From a virus, in the IMG/VR virus record IMGVR_UViG_3300037418_004082: 64,000 nucleotides of DNA; one strand, written 5' to 3'. Made by a program: the position numbers and the translations under genes. Of the stretch, positions 36,377 to 45,198 are shown piece by piece. Under the pieces are notes generated by a model. The model searched no databases. It was not told where the DNA came from and was given only the letters and a program-made list of their open reading frames with translations. Within the stretch, counting starts at the first letter, position 1. Each line of letters starts with the position of its first letter.

Positions 36377-37320
36377 CGACGAACCGTAAAGGCGGCAACG
36401 ACCAACCCGTGCCCAACAAGTGCACGTGTAGCAAGGGTGACGACGCCAACTACCACGACAACGACTGCGCCACGCGATTCGAGCCGCTGTGCACGTCGCT
36501 CAACCACGCGCCGGGTTGCGGGCACCTTGGACCCGTTACGTCCGACGACATCAAGCTCGCCAACATCACGTGCAGCGAGTGCCGCCACGTGAATACGCAC
36601 GCCGAAGGTTGTCCTGCCGACCCCGCTCGTCAGCTTTCGGACCTGAACGTGCACCAGGGCGGCGCGCTCCCCACGCCGGAGACGGACCCGGAGAAGTTCA
36701 ACCCGCAGGGGAAGTTCGTGTGCGAGGACTGCGGCTACCTGGGCCGCAAGCACGCCAAGCTCTGCCCGGAAAACCCGGAGACCATGCGCAAGGCCACGCC
36801 CACCGACGAGTTCATGTACATGCTCAAGAACTTCCTGAACGGAATGCCCGCCCAGGACCGCGACAACATGATCTCCGGCGTCACGTTCCGCCTGCAGGGT
36901 ATGGGGCCGGACGACTTCGTGGCCCGCCTGTACGAGGCGTCCTGCAAGCCCCCGGAGCCGACGGAGGAAGCGTTCGAGGATCTGCTCAAGACCTACACGG
37001 AGCACAAGCGGGAGCGTGACCGCCACGACGAGAAGATGCGCATGGCGTACGACAGCTTGCTGCCCCGCGCACTCGACGCCTATCGCGCAAAGCTGGCCCA
37101 GAGCGGCGAGCAGCTCGTGGCCGTCTCGTTGAAGGGGTTCAACCCGGCGCGTTCACACGGCAGCGTGCAGGCATCACTGACCAACGCCGAAGCACGTGCG
37201 TGGGTGCAGGCCGCGTGCATGGCGTACGCGAACCAGAACCTCGCGCAGTACGGGTTCGTGCAGCACTACACGGTGTTCGGCTCTGCCGCGCGCAAGGACG
37301 ACTTGAAGGAGAACCGGTAG
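36373..37320 (+). CDS. protein with repeated Cys/His Zn-binding motifs
   Basis: Four C...H-x3-C units in the N-terminal half. Confidence 0.75.
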   Translation: MTTNRKGGNDQPVPNKCTCSKGDDANYHDNDCATRFEPLCTSLNHAPGCGHLGPVTSDDIKLANITCSECRHVNTHAEGCPADPARQLSDLNVHQGGALPTPETDPEKFNPQGKFVCEDCGYLGRKHAKLCPENPETMRKATPTDEFMYMLKNFLNGMPAQDRDNMISGVTFRLQGMGPDDFVARLYEASCKPPEPTEEAFEDLLKTYTEHKRERDRHDEKMRMAYDSLLPRALDAYRAKLAQSGEQLVAVSLKGFNPARSHGSVQASLTNAEARAWVQAACMAYANQNLAQYGFVQHYTVFGSAARKDDLKENR

Positions 37321-37695
37321 ATGCGCCAGCCCAACGACCTCCCCGCCCACATCGTCCCGCTCTGGCCCGACAGAATGTTCTCGGCGGAAGACTTCCACCC
37401 GTTGATCAAGAAGGTGGTCGAGAACTACCGGTACATGGGCTACGCGCCATGGGACGAAGTACCGCCGTACAAGCATGTCGTCGGCACGACGGTCTTCCAC
37501 ATCGTGTACGACAACAACCACATGATGTTCGGCATCTTCGAGATCAAGCCGATCACGCTGGACTTCACGCGAACCCCTCATCCGTCCTTCACGATCCCCT
37601 TGACGGATGTCGCCCCGACGAAGGATGATGGTGGCAGGCAAGCAGGGCGCCTGGCCCCGGAGGATCTCCACCAGCCTGGCGTCCTGCAGCTCTAA
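37321..37695 (+). CDS. hypothetical protein
   Basis: 124 aa after AAGGAG. Confidence 0.65.
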   Translation: MRQPNDLPAHIVPLWPDRMFSAEDFHPLIKKVVENYRYMGYAPWDEVPPYKHVVGTTVFHIVYDNNHMMFGIFEIKPITLDFTRTPHPSFTIPLTDVAPTKDDGGRQAGRLAPEDLHQPGVLQL

Positions 37696-37738
37696 ACCCG
37701 CATCACATCCGCATTTCATTCGCATCACGGAGGGTCCA

Positions 37739-38149
37739 ATGGGCCGCAGTAGCTCGTCGTCCTCGTCTAGCTCCAGCTCGCGCTCGTCCAGCAGCTCCAG
37801 CTCGTCGCGCTCCTACAGCGCGCCGGTGCAACGCGTGACGATCAACAAGACGGTGTACGTGGCACCGGTGCGTCAGACGACGCTTGTTGTTCAGCCCGTT
37901 CGGCCGACGCTCGTCGTCGCGCCGCGCCCGGTGATCGTCCACGACCACACCACCTACATCCACCATGATCAACCCGTCATCGTTGACGGGCCGGCGCCGG
38001 CTCTGCCGGTCGTCGTGCAGCCGCAAGCCCAGCCCGTGCCCGTCTACGCGTCGCAGCCCGACATGCACTGGCTGTTCTACTTGCTGCTCGTCGCCCTCGG
38101 CATCGCGGTGGTCACGGCTTTCATCGCGGTGCGTTCGAACAGGAGCTGA
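37739..38149 (+). CDS. poly-Ser, Pro/Val-rich protein with C-terminal membrane anchor
   Basis: MGRSSSSSSSSSSSRSSSSSSSSR...; C-terminal transmembrane helix. Confidence 0.75.
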   Translation: MGRSSSSSSSSSSSRSSSSSSSSRSYSAPVQRVTINKTVYVAPVRQTTLVVQPVRPTLVVAPRPVIVHDHTTYIHHDQPVIVDGPAPALPVVVQPQAQPVPVYASQPDMHWLFYLLLVALGIAVVTAFIAVRSNRS

Positions 38150-38151
38150 TC

Positions 38152-38442
38152 ATGGCAGGCAACAAGCCCGGTCCCAACAAGGGCGATCCGCGGATGTCCG
38201 CGGCTGGCAAGAAGGGCGGCGAGACCGTCAAGCGCGAGCGTGGCCCGGAGTTCTTCAAGAGCATCGGCCAGAAGGGCGGCAAGGCGACGGCGGAGAAGTA
38301 CGGCCCGGAGTTCTTCAGCCAGATCGGCCGCAAGGGCGGCGAGAGCCTGAAGCGCACGCACGGCGTCGAGTTCTACACCAAGATCGGGCGCAAGGGCGGC
38401 GCGAGCACGCGCACCAACAAGCGCAAGCGCGGCGAGGACTAG
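38152..38442 (+). CDS. KGG-repeat general stress protein (GsiB/YciG/Em-like)
   Basis: 20-aa repeats: KGG..T...RGPEFF..IGQKGG...YGPEFF..IGRKGG...HGVEFY..IGRKGG. Confidence 0.9.
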   Translation: MAGNKPGPNKGDPRMSAAGKKGGETVKRERGPEFFKSIGQKGGKATAEKYGPEFFSQIGRKGGESLKRTHGVEFYTKIGRKGGASTRTNKRKRGED

Positions 38443-38510
38443 CGTCGTGTGGACGCTGAACCTGCCGCCGTTCTTCGTCCCCTTCGTGGCGCGTCCCTGG
38501 TGGATGCGCC

Positions 38511-38729
38511 ATGGGTAGGGGGATGGGCTTGCCCGGCATCGCGATGGCCGTGGCCCTGATGCTGGGCTGTGACGTGTCGCTGCCTGGCTTTGGGCGGGGA
38601 CGCAAGGCACGCACGCCCAAACCCATCGACGTGACGCCAGGCCCGCCGACGTACGACGTGCAATCGTACCACGAGCAGAACAGGGGCAAGGCCAAGAAGA
38701 AGCCCCGCAGCAAGCGCAAGAGGAAGTAG
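38511..38729 (+). CDS. small basic protein, possible lipoprotein
   Basis: Hydrophobic stretch ending MLGC; basic tail. Confidence 0.5.
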   Translation: MGRGMGLPGIAMAVALMLGCDVSLPGFGRGRKARTPKPIDVTPGPPTYDVQSYHEQNRGKAKKKPRSKRKRK

Positions 38730-38730
38730 C

Positions 38731-38997
38731 ATGAGCACGCCGAACGAACAGCCGACCTTCAAGGGTCTCGTCAAGGACATCGTGGTCGCGTGCGTGTCGT
38801 TCGCGATCCTGTGGCCCGTCATCGTGACGTTGTCGGGCTTCCTCGACAAGCCGCCCGTCTACGAGTACAAGGTCGAGACGTACCTGTCGTGGTGGGCGGA
38901 AACGCAGGCCAAGCAGCTCAACGACCAGGCCAAGCTCGGCTGGGAGTTCGTGGGCGTCGAGCGCGGCTTCTTCTACTTCCGCCGCGTGAAACACTGA
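38731..38997 (+). CDS. membrane-anchored DUF4177-like protein
   Basis: Transmembrane helix; YEYKV...LNDQAKLGWEFV...YFRR. Confidence 0.75.
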   Translation: MSTPNEQPTFKGLVKDIVVACVSFAILWPVIVTLSGFLDKPPVYEYKVETYLSWWAETQAKQLNDQAKLGWEFVGVERGFFYFRRVKH

Positions 38998-39380
38998 TGG
39001 GTAAGTTCTCGCTCGTCAACTACCTGCAGTTCACGCTCGTCGCACCTGGTGAAAGCCAGGAGCGCGTGCAGACGCTGGTCGAAGCCATCGCGCGTGACGT
39101 GAAGGCGTCGATTCACCGCCACGTAGGTATCGGCACCGAACGCGGCTACGCGGAGCGCGTCGTGCTGGGCACGGGCCCACGCCACATCGCGAGCATCCTG
39201 CTCAAGCTCACGCCCGTCATCCAGGAGGGCACGCGTCAAGCAGCCGAGCGAACTGCACTCCGCCACGCGAACGAACTCGCGCGGGAGCTGGAGCGCGTGT
39301 TCCGCACCACGTACGGCTACGAGCTGGCCGTGCGTGTCGAGCCCGATCCGACTGATGATGCCCTTGCGAGAGTCGTATGA
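38997..39380 (+). CDS. hypothetical protein
   Basis: MGKFSLVN...; TGATG coupling. Confidence 0.65.
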   Translation: MGKFSLVNYLQFTLVAPGESQERVQTLVEAIARDVKASIHRHVGIGTERGYAERVVLGTGPRHIASILLKLTPVIQEGTRQAAERTALRHANELARELERVFRTTYGYELAVRVEPDPTDDALARVV

Positions 39381-39787
39381 CGAGCAAGGAGGTCCCCATG
39401 TCCCACGATCGTGAAGAGCTGCCCGAAGAGATGTTCTGCGACCTGCACGGGTTCGCGTTCGAGCTGATCGATGTGATGGAACTCGTGGACGAGGACGGCG
39501 CGAAGGAGCTGGTGGGTATCGTGCTCGTCGCGGAGATCGACGGCCAGGACTACGCGCTGTGCGCGGCAATGAAGGACGAAGAAACCGTCCAGCATGACGA
39601 GGACGGCGCGATGGTGCTGTTCGTCATGCGCATCGACTCGCAGAAGGAAGGCGACGAGGTTCGCCACTTCTACACGGGCATCGGCAACACGCTGCACGCC
39701 ACGTACGTGCTGCGTTGCATGCAAAACCTGGTGCAGGGTTACGACGAGGGCGAGAACGCCAAACCCGACGACGAGGAGACCACGTGA
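39377..39787 (+). CDS. acidic protein, DUF1292-like
   Basis: ELVDEDG.KE...AEIDGQDYAL...LFVMRI. Confidence 0.45.
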   Translation: MTSKEVPMSHDREELPEEMFCDLHGFAFELIDVMELVDEDGAKELVGIVLVAEIDGQDYALCAAMKDEETVQHDEDGAMVLFVMRIDSQKEGDEVRHFYTGIGNTLHATYVLRCMQNLVQGYDEGENAKPDDEETT

Positions 39788-40107
39788 TCACCATCTGCTT
39801 GACCATCATGGTCGTGGCGTTCATCGCGGCCACGTGCTACGAGAGCACGCGCCCGGAGCAGCCCCCGGCGCCGCACGACTGCAGCATCCACGGCCACAAC
39901 TACCAGCCCGCGTACGACGAGTCCGGCGGCCAGGACATCGACTTCAAGCTGCCCCAGGCAGGCCCGTTCCTGTCCGGCGCGGAGGTCGTGCGGATGGTCC
40001 AGATGTACACCGATGCCCTCAAGGCCGCCGGCCCGCACACCCGGACGTACGTCCACAGCGTCTGCACGTTCTGCGGCCTGACCGTGGACCGCCCGGACAA
40101 GAAGTAG
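39784..40107 (+). CDS. membrane-anchored phage protein
   Basis: Transmembrane helix; C...GHNY...C.FCG. Confidence 0.7.
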   Translation: MITICLTIMVVAFIAATCYESTRPEQPPAPHDCSIHGHNYQPAYDESGGQDIDFKLPQAGPFLSGAEVVRMVQMYTDALKAAGPHTRTYVHSVCTFCGLTVDRPDKK

Positions 40108-40116
40108 GAGGCTCCC

Positions 40117-40794
40117 ATGTTCGACCCCGCGATCTTCGCCGCCGCGTACGGCCTGATGCACGCCTTGCACGGCGTCGCCGACTACTGGCTGCAGACCGAC
40201 TGGCAAGCCCAGAACAAGAGCAAAAACTTCCAGGCACTAAACACGCACGTGCTCGTGTACTCCATCGTGATGGTACTGGTGTTCTTCCCGTTGAGCCTGA
40301 TGGGTTGGCACGAGCCCTTCTCGTGGACGGGCTATGCGTTCGGCGCGTGGATCTACTTGACGCACGCGTTCATGGACACGCGCAAGCCCATCGCGTGGTT
40401 CTGCGAGAAGACCAAGGGCTGGTCACGTGACGGCAAGGTGCACGTGACGCACACGCTCGAAGAGCTGATCAGGATGCAAGGTGCGGCCGTCGTGAACTGC
40501 GCGGCCCAGCTCCCTTACATGGGCGGCTCCGACCCGTCCAAGCCCGGTACGCTGCCGCCCTTCGTCTACGCGTCGGACGTCAAGAAGTTCTACGCCTACC
40601 GCCCACGCGCCGCCTCGTCGCTCGACACCGACTACGAGCTGGGTGGCTGGGTGCCGTTCGAGCCGGCCACGGGCTACGCGCGCGAGCTGACCCCGCTGGA
40701 GACGGCCGTGCGGCTGCACGTGACCATCGCCATGGACCAGAAGTTCCACTACCTCACGCTCGCCATCGCGGCGTTGTTCCTGTCCTGGAAGTAA
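40117..40794 (+). CDS. DUF3307-like membrane protein with internal insertion
   Basis: HGVADYWLQTDWQA..K, H...Y, THAFMDT, DQKFH. Confidence 0.8.
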   Translation: MFDPAIFAAAYGLMHALHGVADYWLQTDWQAQNKSKNFQALNTHVLVYSIVMVLVFFPLSLMGWHEPFSWTGYAFGAWIYLTHAFMDTRKPIAWFCEKTKGWSRDGKVHVTHTLEELIRMQGAAVVNCAAQLPYMGGSDPSKPGTLPPFVYASDVKKFYAYRPRAASSLDTDYELGGWVPFEPATGYARELTPLETAVRLHVTIAMDQKFHYLTLAIAALFLSWK

Positions 40795-40805
40795 GGAGAC
40801 CCGTC

Positions 40806-41030
40806 ATGCCCAACATCCTCGTCGTCACCAACGCCGCCGTCAACCGTGTCGTCAAGATCAACTTCGCTAACGTGTTGAGCTATTTCGCGCACGACAAGAA
40901 GCTCGACACGCCCCCTGACCGTAAAGGCGCCAAGCCCGTGCACGCTTGGGTCGTCCTCGTCACGGGCGAGCAAGTTCCCGTGACGGACACGGTCGAGCAG
41001 ATCGACAAGAAGATCGCCAACTTCACCTAG
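40806..41030 (+). CDS. FlbD-like small protein
   Basis: KINFANVL...LVTGEQVPVTDTVEQIDKKI. Confidence 0.45.
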   Translation: MPNILVVTNAAVNRVVKINFANVLSYFAHDKKLDTPPDRKGAKPVHAWVVLVTGEQVPVTDTVEQIDKKIANFT

Positions 41031-41089
41031 CATCCCACATGCTGTGGACGACCCGTCGCACACAGCGACCCATCAGAGAGGCCCCTCCC

Positions 41090-41398
41090 GTGAAGTACAT
41101 CGTCAAGCAGTTCGAGGTCGATGCCGTCCAGCTCAAGGGCGCGTGCACGATCCCCAACACCGCCAACCCCGACCAGCCCATCGAAGGCCAGGCCGGCGAC
41201 TGGCTGATCATCATGCCGAACGGCCACCAGGCCATCTTGTCGGACGAGAAGTTCCACGAGGCGTACGAGCTGCCGGCCGCGCCCAAGCGCCGCTCCTCGC
41301 CCACGCCCGCCGACGGCGACAACACCAACCCCACGCCGCCGGCCGCGCCCAAGCGTGGCAATGGCAAGAGGACCGCGGCGCCCGCGGAGGCGGAGTAA
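41090..41398 (+). CDS. PGDYG-like phage protein
   Basis: VDAVQ...GQAGDWLII...LSDEKFHEAYE. Confidence 0.6.
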   Translation: MKYIVKQFEVDAVQLKGACTIPNTANPDQPIEGQAGDWLIIMPNGHQAILSDEKFHEAYELPAAPKRRSSPTPADGDNTNPTPPAAPKRGNGKRTAAPAEAE

Positions 41399-41467
41399 GA
41401 TGCCGGTGTGTCCGTTCTGCAAGGAGCTGACCGTCTGCGTCTGCACGCGCCGTAAGGTGGCGCGCTG

Positions 41468-42016
41468 ATGTCGGCCGACGTGGAGAAGGGCCGCATCGAA
41501 CTGCGCCGCACGATTGGCCCTGGCGGCGAGCTGGTGCTGACCACGCTGGAGCTGCCGGAAGGCTCGCCGCCGCACCTGCTGGTCGGCAAGATGGGCTGCA
41601 CGTCGCACGGGATGCTGAACTACCAGTACAGCGGCCCCGTGCCGGAGCTGGTGAACCCGGTCTGCACGCCCTGCGAAGGCCCCGGGGTGCAGCTCGTCCG
41701 CCGCTTTATGGGGCCGGGCAAGCTCGTGCTCTCGTTCCACAACAACCTGGACCGCGAGCAGGACTTCTGGTTCGAGGGCTGGCTGAAGCCACAGACGGAC
41801 CTGGAGATCCTGCCGCCCGCCCGCGGTAAGTCCAAGCGCCAGGCCCGCCTGGACGCCAAGAAGGCCGCCGAAGACCAGGTCGCTCGCGACGAGGCCAAGA
41901 AGCTGGGCTTGCCCACGGACGCCGACGAGGTGGACGAGGAAGAGCGCGAGGACGACGCGCACGGCACCGGCACGCCCCCGCCGATCAAGCGGCTCGAACT
42001 GCCAGGGAAGGACTAA
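41468..42016 (+). CDS. hypothetical protein
   Basis: 182 aa. Confidence 0.75.
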   Translation: MSADVEKGRIELRRTIGPGGELVLTTLELPEGSPPHLLVGKMGCTSHGMLNYQYSGPVPELVNPVCTPCEGPGVQLVRRFMGPGKLVLSFHNNLDREQDFWFEGWLKPQTDLEILPPARGKSKRQARLDAKKAAEDQVARDEAKKLGLPTDADEVDEEEREDDAHGTGTPPPIKRLELPGKD

Positions 42017-42020
42017 GCCC

Positions 42021-42257
42021 ATGACCACTACGTTCGAACAGGTTCAGCAGATCGTGGTCGATCAACTGGGCGTCGATCCCGACCTCGTGCACGACGGTGC
42101 CGATCTCGTGCAGGACCTGGGAGCGGACTCGCTCGACGTGGTCCAGATCGTGCTCGACGCCGAAGATAAGTTCAACATCGAGATCCCCGACGAGACCGCG
42201 AGCGAAGTCACCACGGTGAGTGACCTCGTGGCCCTCGTTGACAAGACGAAAGGCTAG
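42021..42257 (+). CDS. acpP: acyl carrier protein
   Basis: DLGADSLD phosphopantetheine attachment motif; acidic 78-aa four-helix pattern. Confidence 0.93.
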   Translation: MTTTFEQVQQIVVDQLGVDPDLVHDGADLVQDLGADSLDVVQIVLDAEDKFNIEIPDETASEVTTVSDLVALVDKTKG

Positions 42258-42266
42258 GTAGTTCAC

Positions 42267-42812
42267 GTGCCCCGTACCCTCACCAACACCACGCTCGACG
42301 GCGCCAAGAAGAAGATCCCCGACCTCGAAGTGTTCGGCGGCGACGACTGGAAGCTGCTCAACAAGGCGTCCAGCGAAGAAGAAGGCTGGATGAAGACCAC
42401 CAAGGCGTACGAGATCCCCGGCGTCGGGTGCCTCGTGCAGTGCGAGACGATGCAGCGCAACGGCGACAGCGTCCAGATCGCCACCATCGACCAGGCCGAC
42501 GAGAACGTGATCAAGTCGTTCCGCGATCGCGCGGAGGCCGAAGGCGGCAAGCTGGTCAACGAGCGCAAGTACGAGCACTCGTACATCAAGGGCCAGGCGC
42601 AGTCGCCGTTCTCGCCGCCGTCCAACCACCCGGAGATGCAGGGCGAGAAGGTGACGACCACGCTCGTCGAGTTGACCTTCGCCCACAAGGGCCAGTGGTG
42701 GGCGTTGTCCGGCGGCGACCCGACCTTCGTGCCCGGCGTGCGCATCGACACGCAGTACGACGCGGACGGCAAGACCGTGATCAGCCGGAAGCTCGTCAAG
42801 ATCGACTCGTAA
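42267..42812 (+). CDS. conserved phage protein
   Basis: VFG.DDWKLL.KASS..EGWMK.TKA.EI.G.GC.VQ...FVPGV.I. Confidence 0.7.
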   Translation: MPRTLTNTTLDGAKKKIPDLEVFGGDDWKLLNKASSEEEGWMKTTKAYEIPGVGCLVQCETMQRNGDSVQIATIDQADENVIKSFRDRAEAEGGKLVNERKYEHSYIKGQAQSPFSPPSNHPEMQGEKVTTTLVELTFAHKGQWWALSGGDPTFVPGVRIDTQYDADGKTVISRKLVKIDS

Positions 42813-42822
42813 CCGTTTCCGT

Positions 42823-42870
42823 GCGGCCGCGCTGGATTCTAATCGAATCCGGGGCGGCCGTCATCGTTTT
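42823..42870 (+). terminator. putative terminator hairpin
   Basis: GCGGCCGC..TGGATTC/GAATCCG..GCGGCCG followed by CATCGTTTTT. Confidence 0.5.
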
Positions 42871-42896
42871 TGCAAGCCAGGGAGGATAACTAAACC

Positions 42897-43268
42897 ATGG
42901 ACCCGTACCGCAGACCGACCCCGGAACTCGACCATCCCGACGAGGAGGTGAAGCCCATGCGCCCGCGCAACAAGATCCTGCAGGACACCGCCGGCCACCC
43001 GAACCACGTGATGATCGAGGTGTTGCTCGACGTCCGCGACCACCTGGCCGACGTCAAGACGCATCTCGCGCAGATCCAGGCGCGCCAGGACAAGACGCTG
43101 GAGAAGCTGGACGAGATCTACCACGAGCTGCCGCCACGCTCCGACGCCGACGACGCCATCAAGGCGATCAAGCAACTCGCGGGCGAGGTCAGCAGCGAGC
43201 TGGAGGGTCCTCGCGCGCTGGACGTGTTCTGCAGCGCACTCCTTCGGGAAACGCCTCACGAGAACTAG
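42897..43268 (+). CDS. coiled-coil hypothetical protein
   Basis: 123 aa after GGAGG. Confidence 0.7.
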   Translation: MDPYRRPTPELDHPDEEVKPMRPRNKILQDTAGHPNHVMIEVLLDVRDHLADVKTHLAQIQARQDKTLEKLDEIYHELPPRSDADDAIKAIKQLAGEVSSELEGPRALDVFCSALLRETPHEN

Positions 43269-43326
43269 GCAAAACATCAGACAAGCGGGTATAATGGCCT
43301 CCGTATCGCATTCGCATCACATTCGA

Positions 43327-43932
43327 ATGGCGGAGGCCGTCGTGCTGGAAGATGAAGATTGGCGAGCCCGTGCGCTCGCGGCAGAAGAACGTGCCACGTC
43401 GGCCGAAGCCAGCGTCATCAAGTTCATGCAGAGCAAGGACGAGTGGCACGCCGTTGCCATTCGTGTGACGGGCGAACGTGACGAGGCGCGCAAGGCGTTG
43501 ACGGCAGCGGAAGAAGCGAAGGCCGACGCCAACCGCTGGTGCACGCACTGGCAGACGATGGCCCACACGTTGATGGACGTCAAGAACGACGTGCAGGGCA
43601 TCTTGATCGAGTTGGTCAAGGTCAAGGACCTGAAGGACACGCAAGGCAAGACGCCGGAGTACGAGGAGCGCCAGCCCAAGGTGTGGCAGGCCGCTCGTAT
43701 GCACGTGCTGTCGGCGATGCGCGACTGGCTGCGCCCCGGCGGCCCCTCGGAGTACCTGCCCCCGCCCGACAGCTACGCCGGCCAGCTCGCGCGGATCGAA
43801 GCGGCCGCGCACACGCTGATGGACGTCATCACGAAGGCGCGCCGCGCACCCGACAACATGACCGAAGAGGAGGCGATCCAGGTGCTCGCCGAAGCCTGCG
43901 GTCGCACGTTCTACCGTCGCCCTACACCATAG
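43327..43932 (+). CDS. coiled-coil hypothetical protein
   Basis: Start placed downstream of the CGGGTATAAT element at 43286. Confidence 0.7.
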   Translation: MAEAVVLEDEDWRARALAAEERATSAEASVIKFMQSKDEWHAVAIRVTGERDEARKALTAAEEAKADANRWCTHWQTMAHTLMDVKNDVQGILIELVKVKDLKDTQGKTPEYEERQPKVWQAARMHVLSAMRDWLRPGGPSEYLPPPDSYAGQLARIEAAAHTLMDVITKARRAPDNMTEEEAIQVLAEACGRTFYRRPTP

Positions 43933-43944
43933 GAGGACCTGCCC

Positions 43945-44211
43945 ATGTCGTTCCACCCGCGCGATCTCCTGGCCATGGGCGATACGCTCGCCCAGACCAC
44001 CGGCTTGCCCAGCCAGGCCAAGCTGCAGCACCAGTTCCTGGAGGAGGCGCTGCCGCAGGCCACGCCCGACTTCGTGTGGAAGACCACGATGAACGGGCAG
44101 AGCTGCGAGCTGACGCTGGCAGAGTGCCGTGACTACTACAAGGAGCTGTGTGAACGGCTGGAGTTGAAGCCCAAGGCTACGTGCCTGACGACGCAGGAGA
44201 ACGCGGAATGA
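43945..44211 (+). CDS. hypothetical protein
   Basis: 88 aa after AGGAGG. Confidence 0.7.
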   Translation: MSFHPRDLLAMGDTLAQTTGLPSQAKLQHQFLEEALPQATPDFVWKTTMNGQSCELTLAECRDYYKELCERLELKPKATCLTTQENAE

Positions 44212-44675
44212 ACGCGCAAGAATGGGAAGACGAGAGCAACCGCGTGCTGCTGATCCTGCGGCCGCACATGACGGATCGTCAACGAGACCACGTGAACGAC
44301 TTCATCGACGAGGTGAAGGCGGAGCTGACGAAGCAGCCGCTCAACAAGACGTGGAAGGAAACGGCCGACCACTTCCACACGTTGTTCGCTCGCGAGAACA
44401 AGCCGCGCTTCAAGGCCACGAACACGTTGAACGTCGTGTTCCAGTTCATGGGCTTCGCGCAGCGTTGGGTGCCGCCGTCGGACCTGACCATCGAGAGTGC
44501 GCCCAACCGGCGCACGCACCGCTTCGAGGTGGAGATCGAGGCGTCGCTGCGTGGCGGCGGTCCGACGGGTGACCAGCGGCCCACGAAGGAGCAGATCCAG
44601 AACGTGGCCTACAACAAGCTCAAGGCCAGCATCGGGCTGACCGACATCGAGTTCGTCAAGGTGACGGTGCTCTGA
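44208..44675 (+). CDS. hypothetical protein
   Basis: MNAQEWED...; ATGA overlap. Confidence 0.7.
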   Translation: MNAQEWEDESNRVLLILRPHMTDRQRDHVNDFIDEVKAELTKQPLNKTWKETADHFHTLFARENKPRFKATNTLNVVFQFMGFAQRWVPPSDLTIESAPNRRTHRFEVEIEASLRGGGPTGDQRPTKEQIQNVAYNKLKASIGLTDIEFVKVTVL

Positions 44676-44947
44676 TGCCGATCGACGGCTGGCACCTGTG
44701 CCTGGACAAGCTGCAGCACCCCGACGACCAGCAAGACGCCCGGCTCGCACTGGCGCGCGAGCTGGTCCCGCTCGCCGACCAGATCCTGTGCGCCAAGATG
44801 ACGCTCCGGGAGAAGGTCAAGGCGCGCGAGGACGCGGAAGCGGCATACAAGACGGCGTGCGACGAGGAGGCCGCCGCGCAGTCACGCTTGCTGACGCTGC
44901 AGACCGCATACGACAACCGCGTGAAGGCCGGGGTGATCGCGCCGTGA
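44675..44947 (+). CDS. coiled-coil hypothetical protein
   Basis: 90 aa, coupled. Confidence 0.65.
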   Translation: MPIDGWHLCLDKLQHPDDQQDARLALARELVPLADQILCAKMTLREKVKAREDAEAAYKTACDEEAAAQSRLLTLQTAYDNRVKAGVIAP

Positions 44948-45195
44948 AGAAGCTGCGGCGCGTCTGGCGCAACGTGCGAGCGCTGTGGGTCCACTGCCCC
45001 AGCCTGCGCCTGCCGATGGTCGTGTGCGTGCTCGCGTGGGTGGCCCTCATCGTGCTGGGCGCTCGACTTGGCGTGGACTTCGTCAAGATGTGGGTCGCCT
45101 GCCCCGACCTGCACGTACAGATGACGTTCGGCGCCATCGCACTCGTAACCTTCGAGGTCTGGTTCTTTCGTTGGGCGTTGCGCAAGGAGAAGTAG
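44944..45195 (+). CDS. small two-TM membrane protein
   Basis: Two hydrophobic helices; GTGA overlap. Confidence 0.65.
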   Translation: MKKLRRVWRNVRALWVHCPSLRLPMVVCVLAWVALIVLGARLGVDFVKMWVACPDLHVQMTFGAIALVTFEVWFFRWALRKEK

Positions 45196-45198
45196 CAC

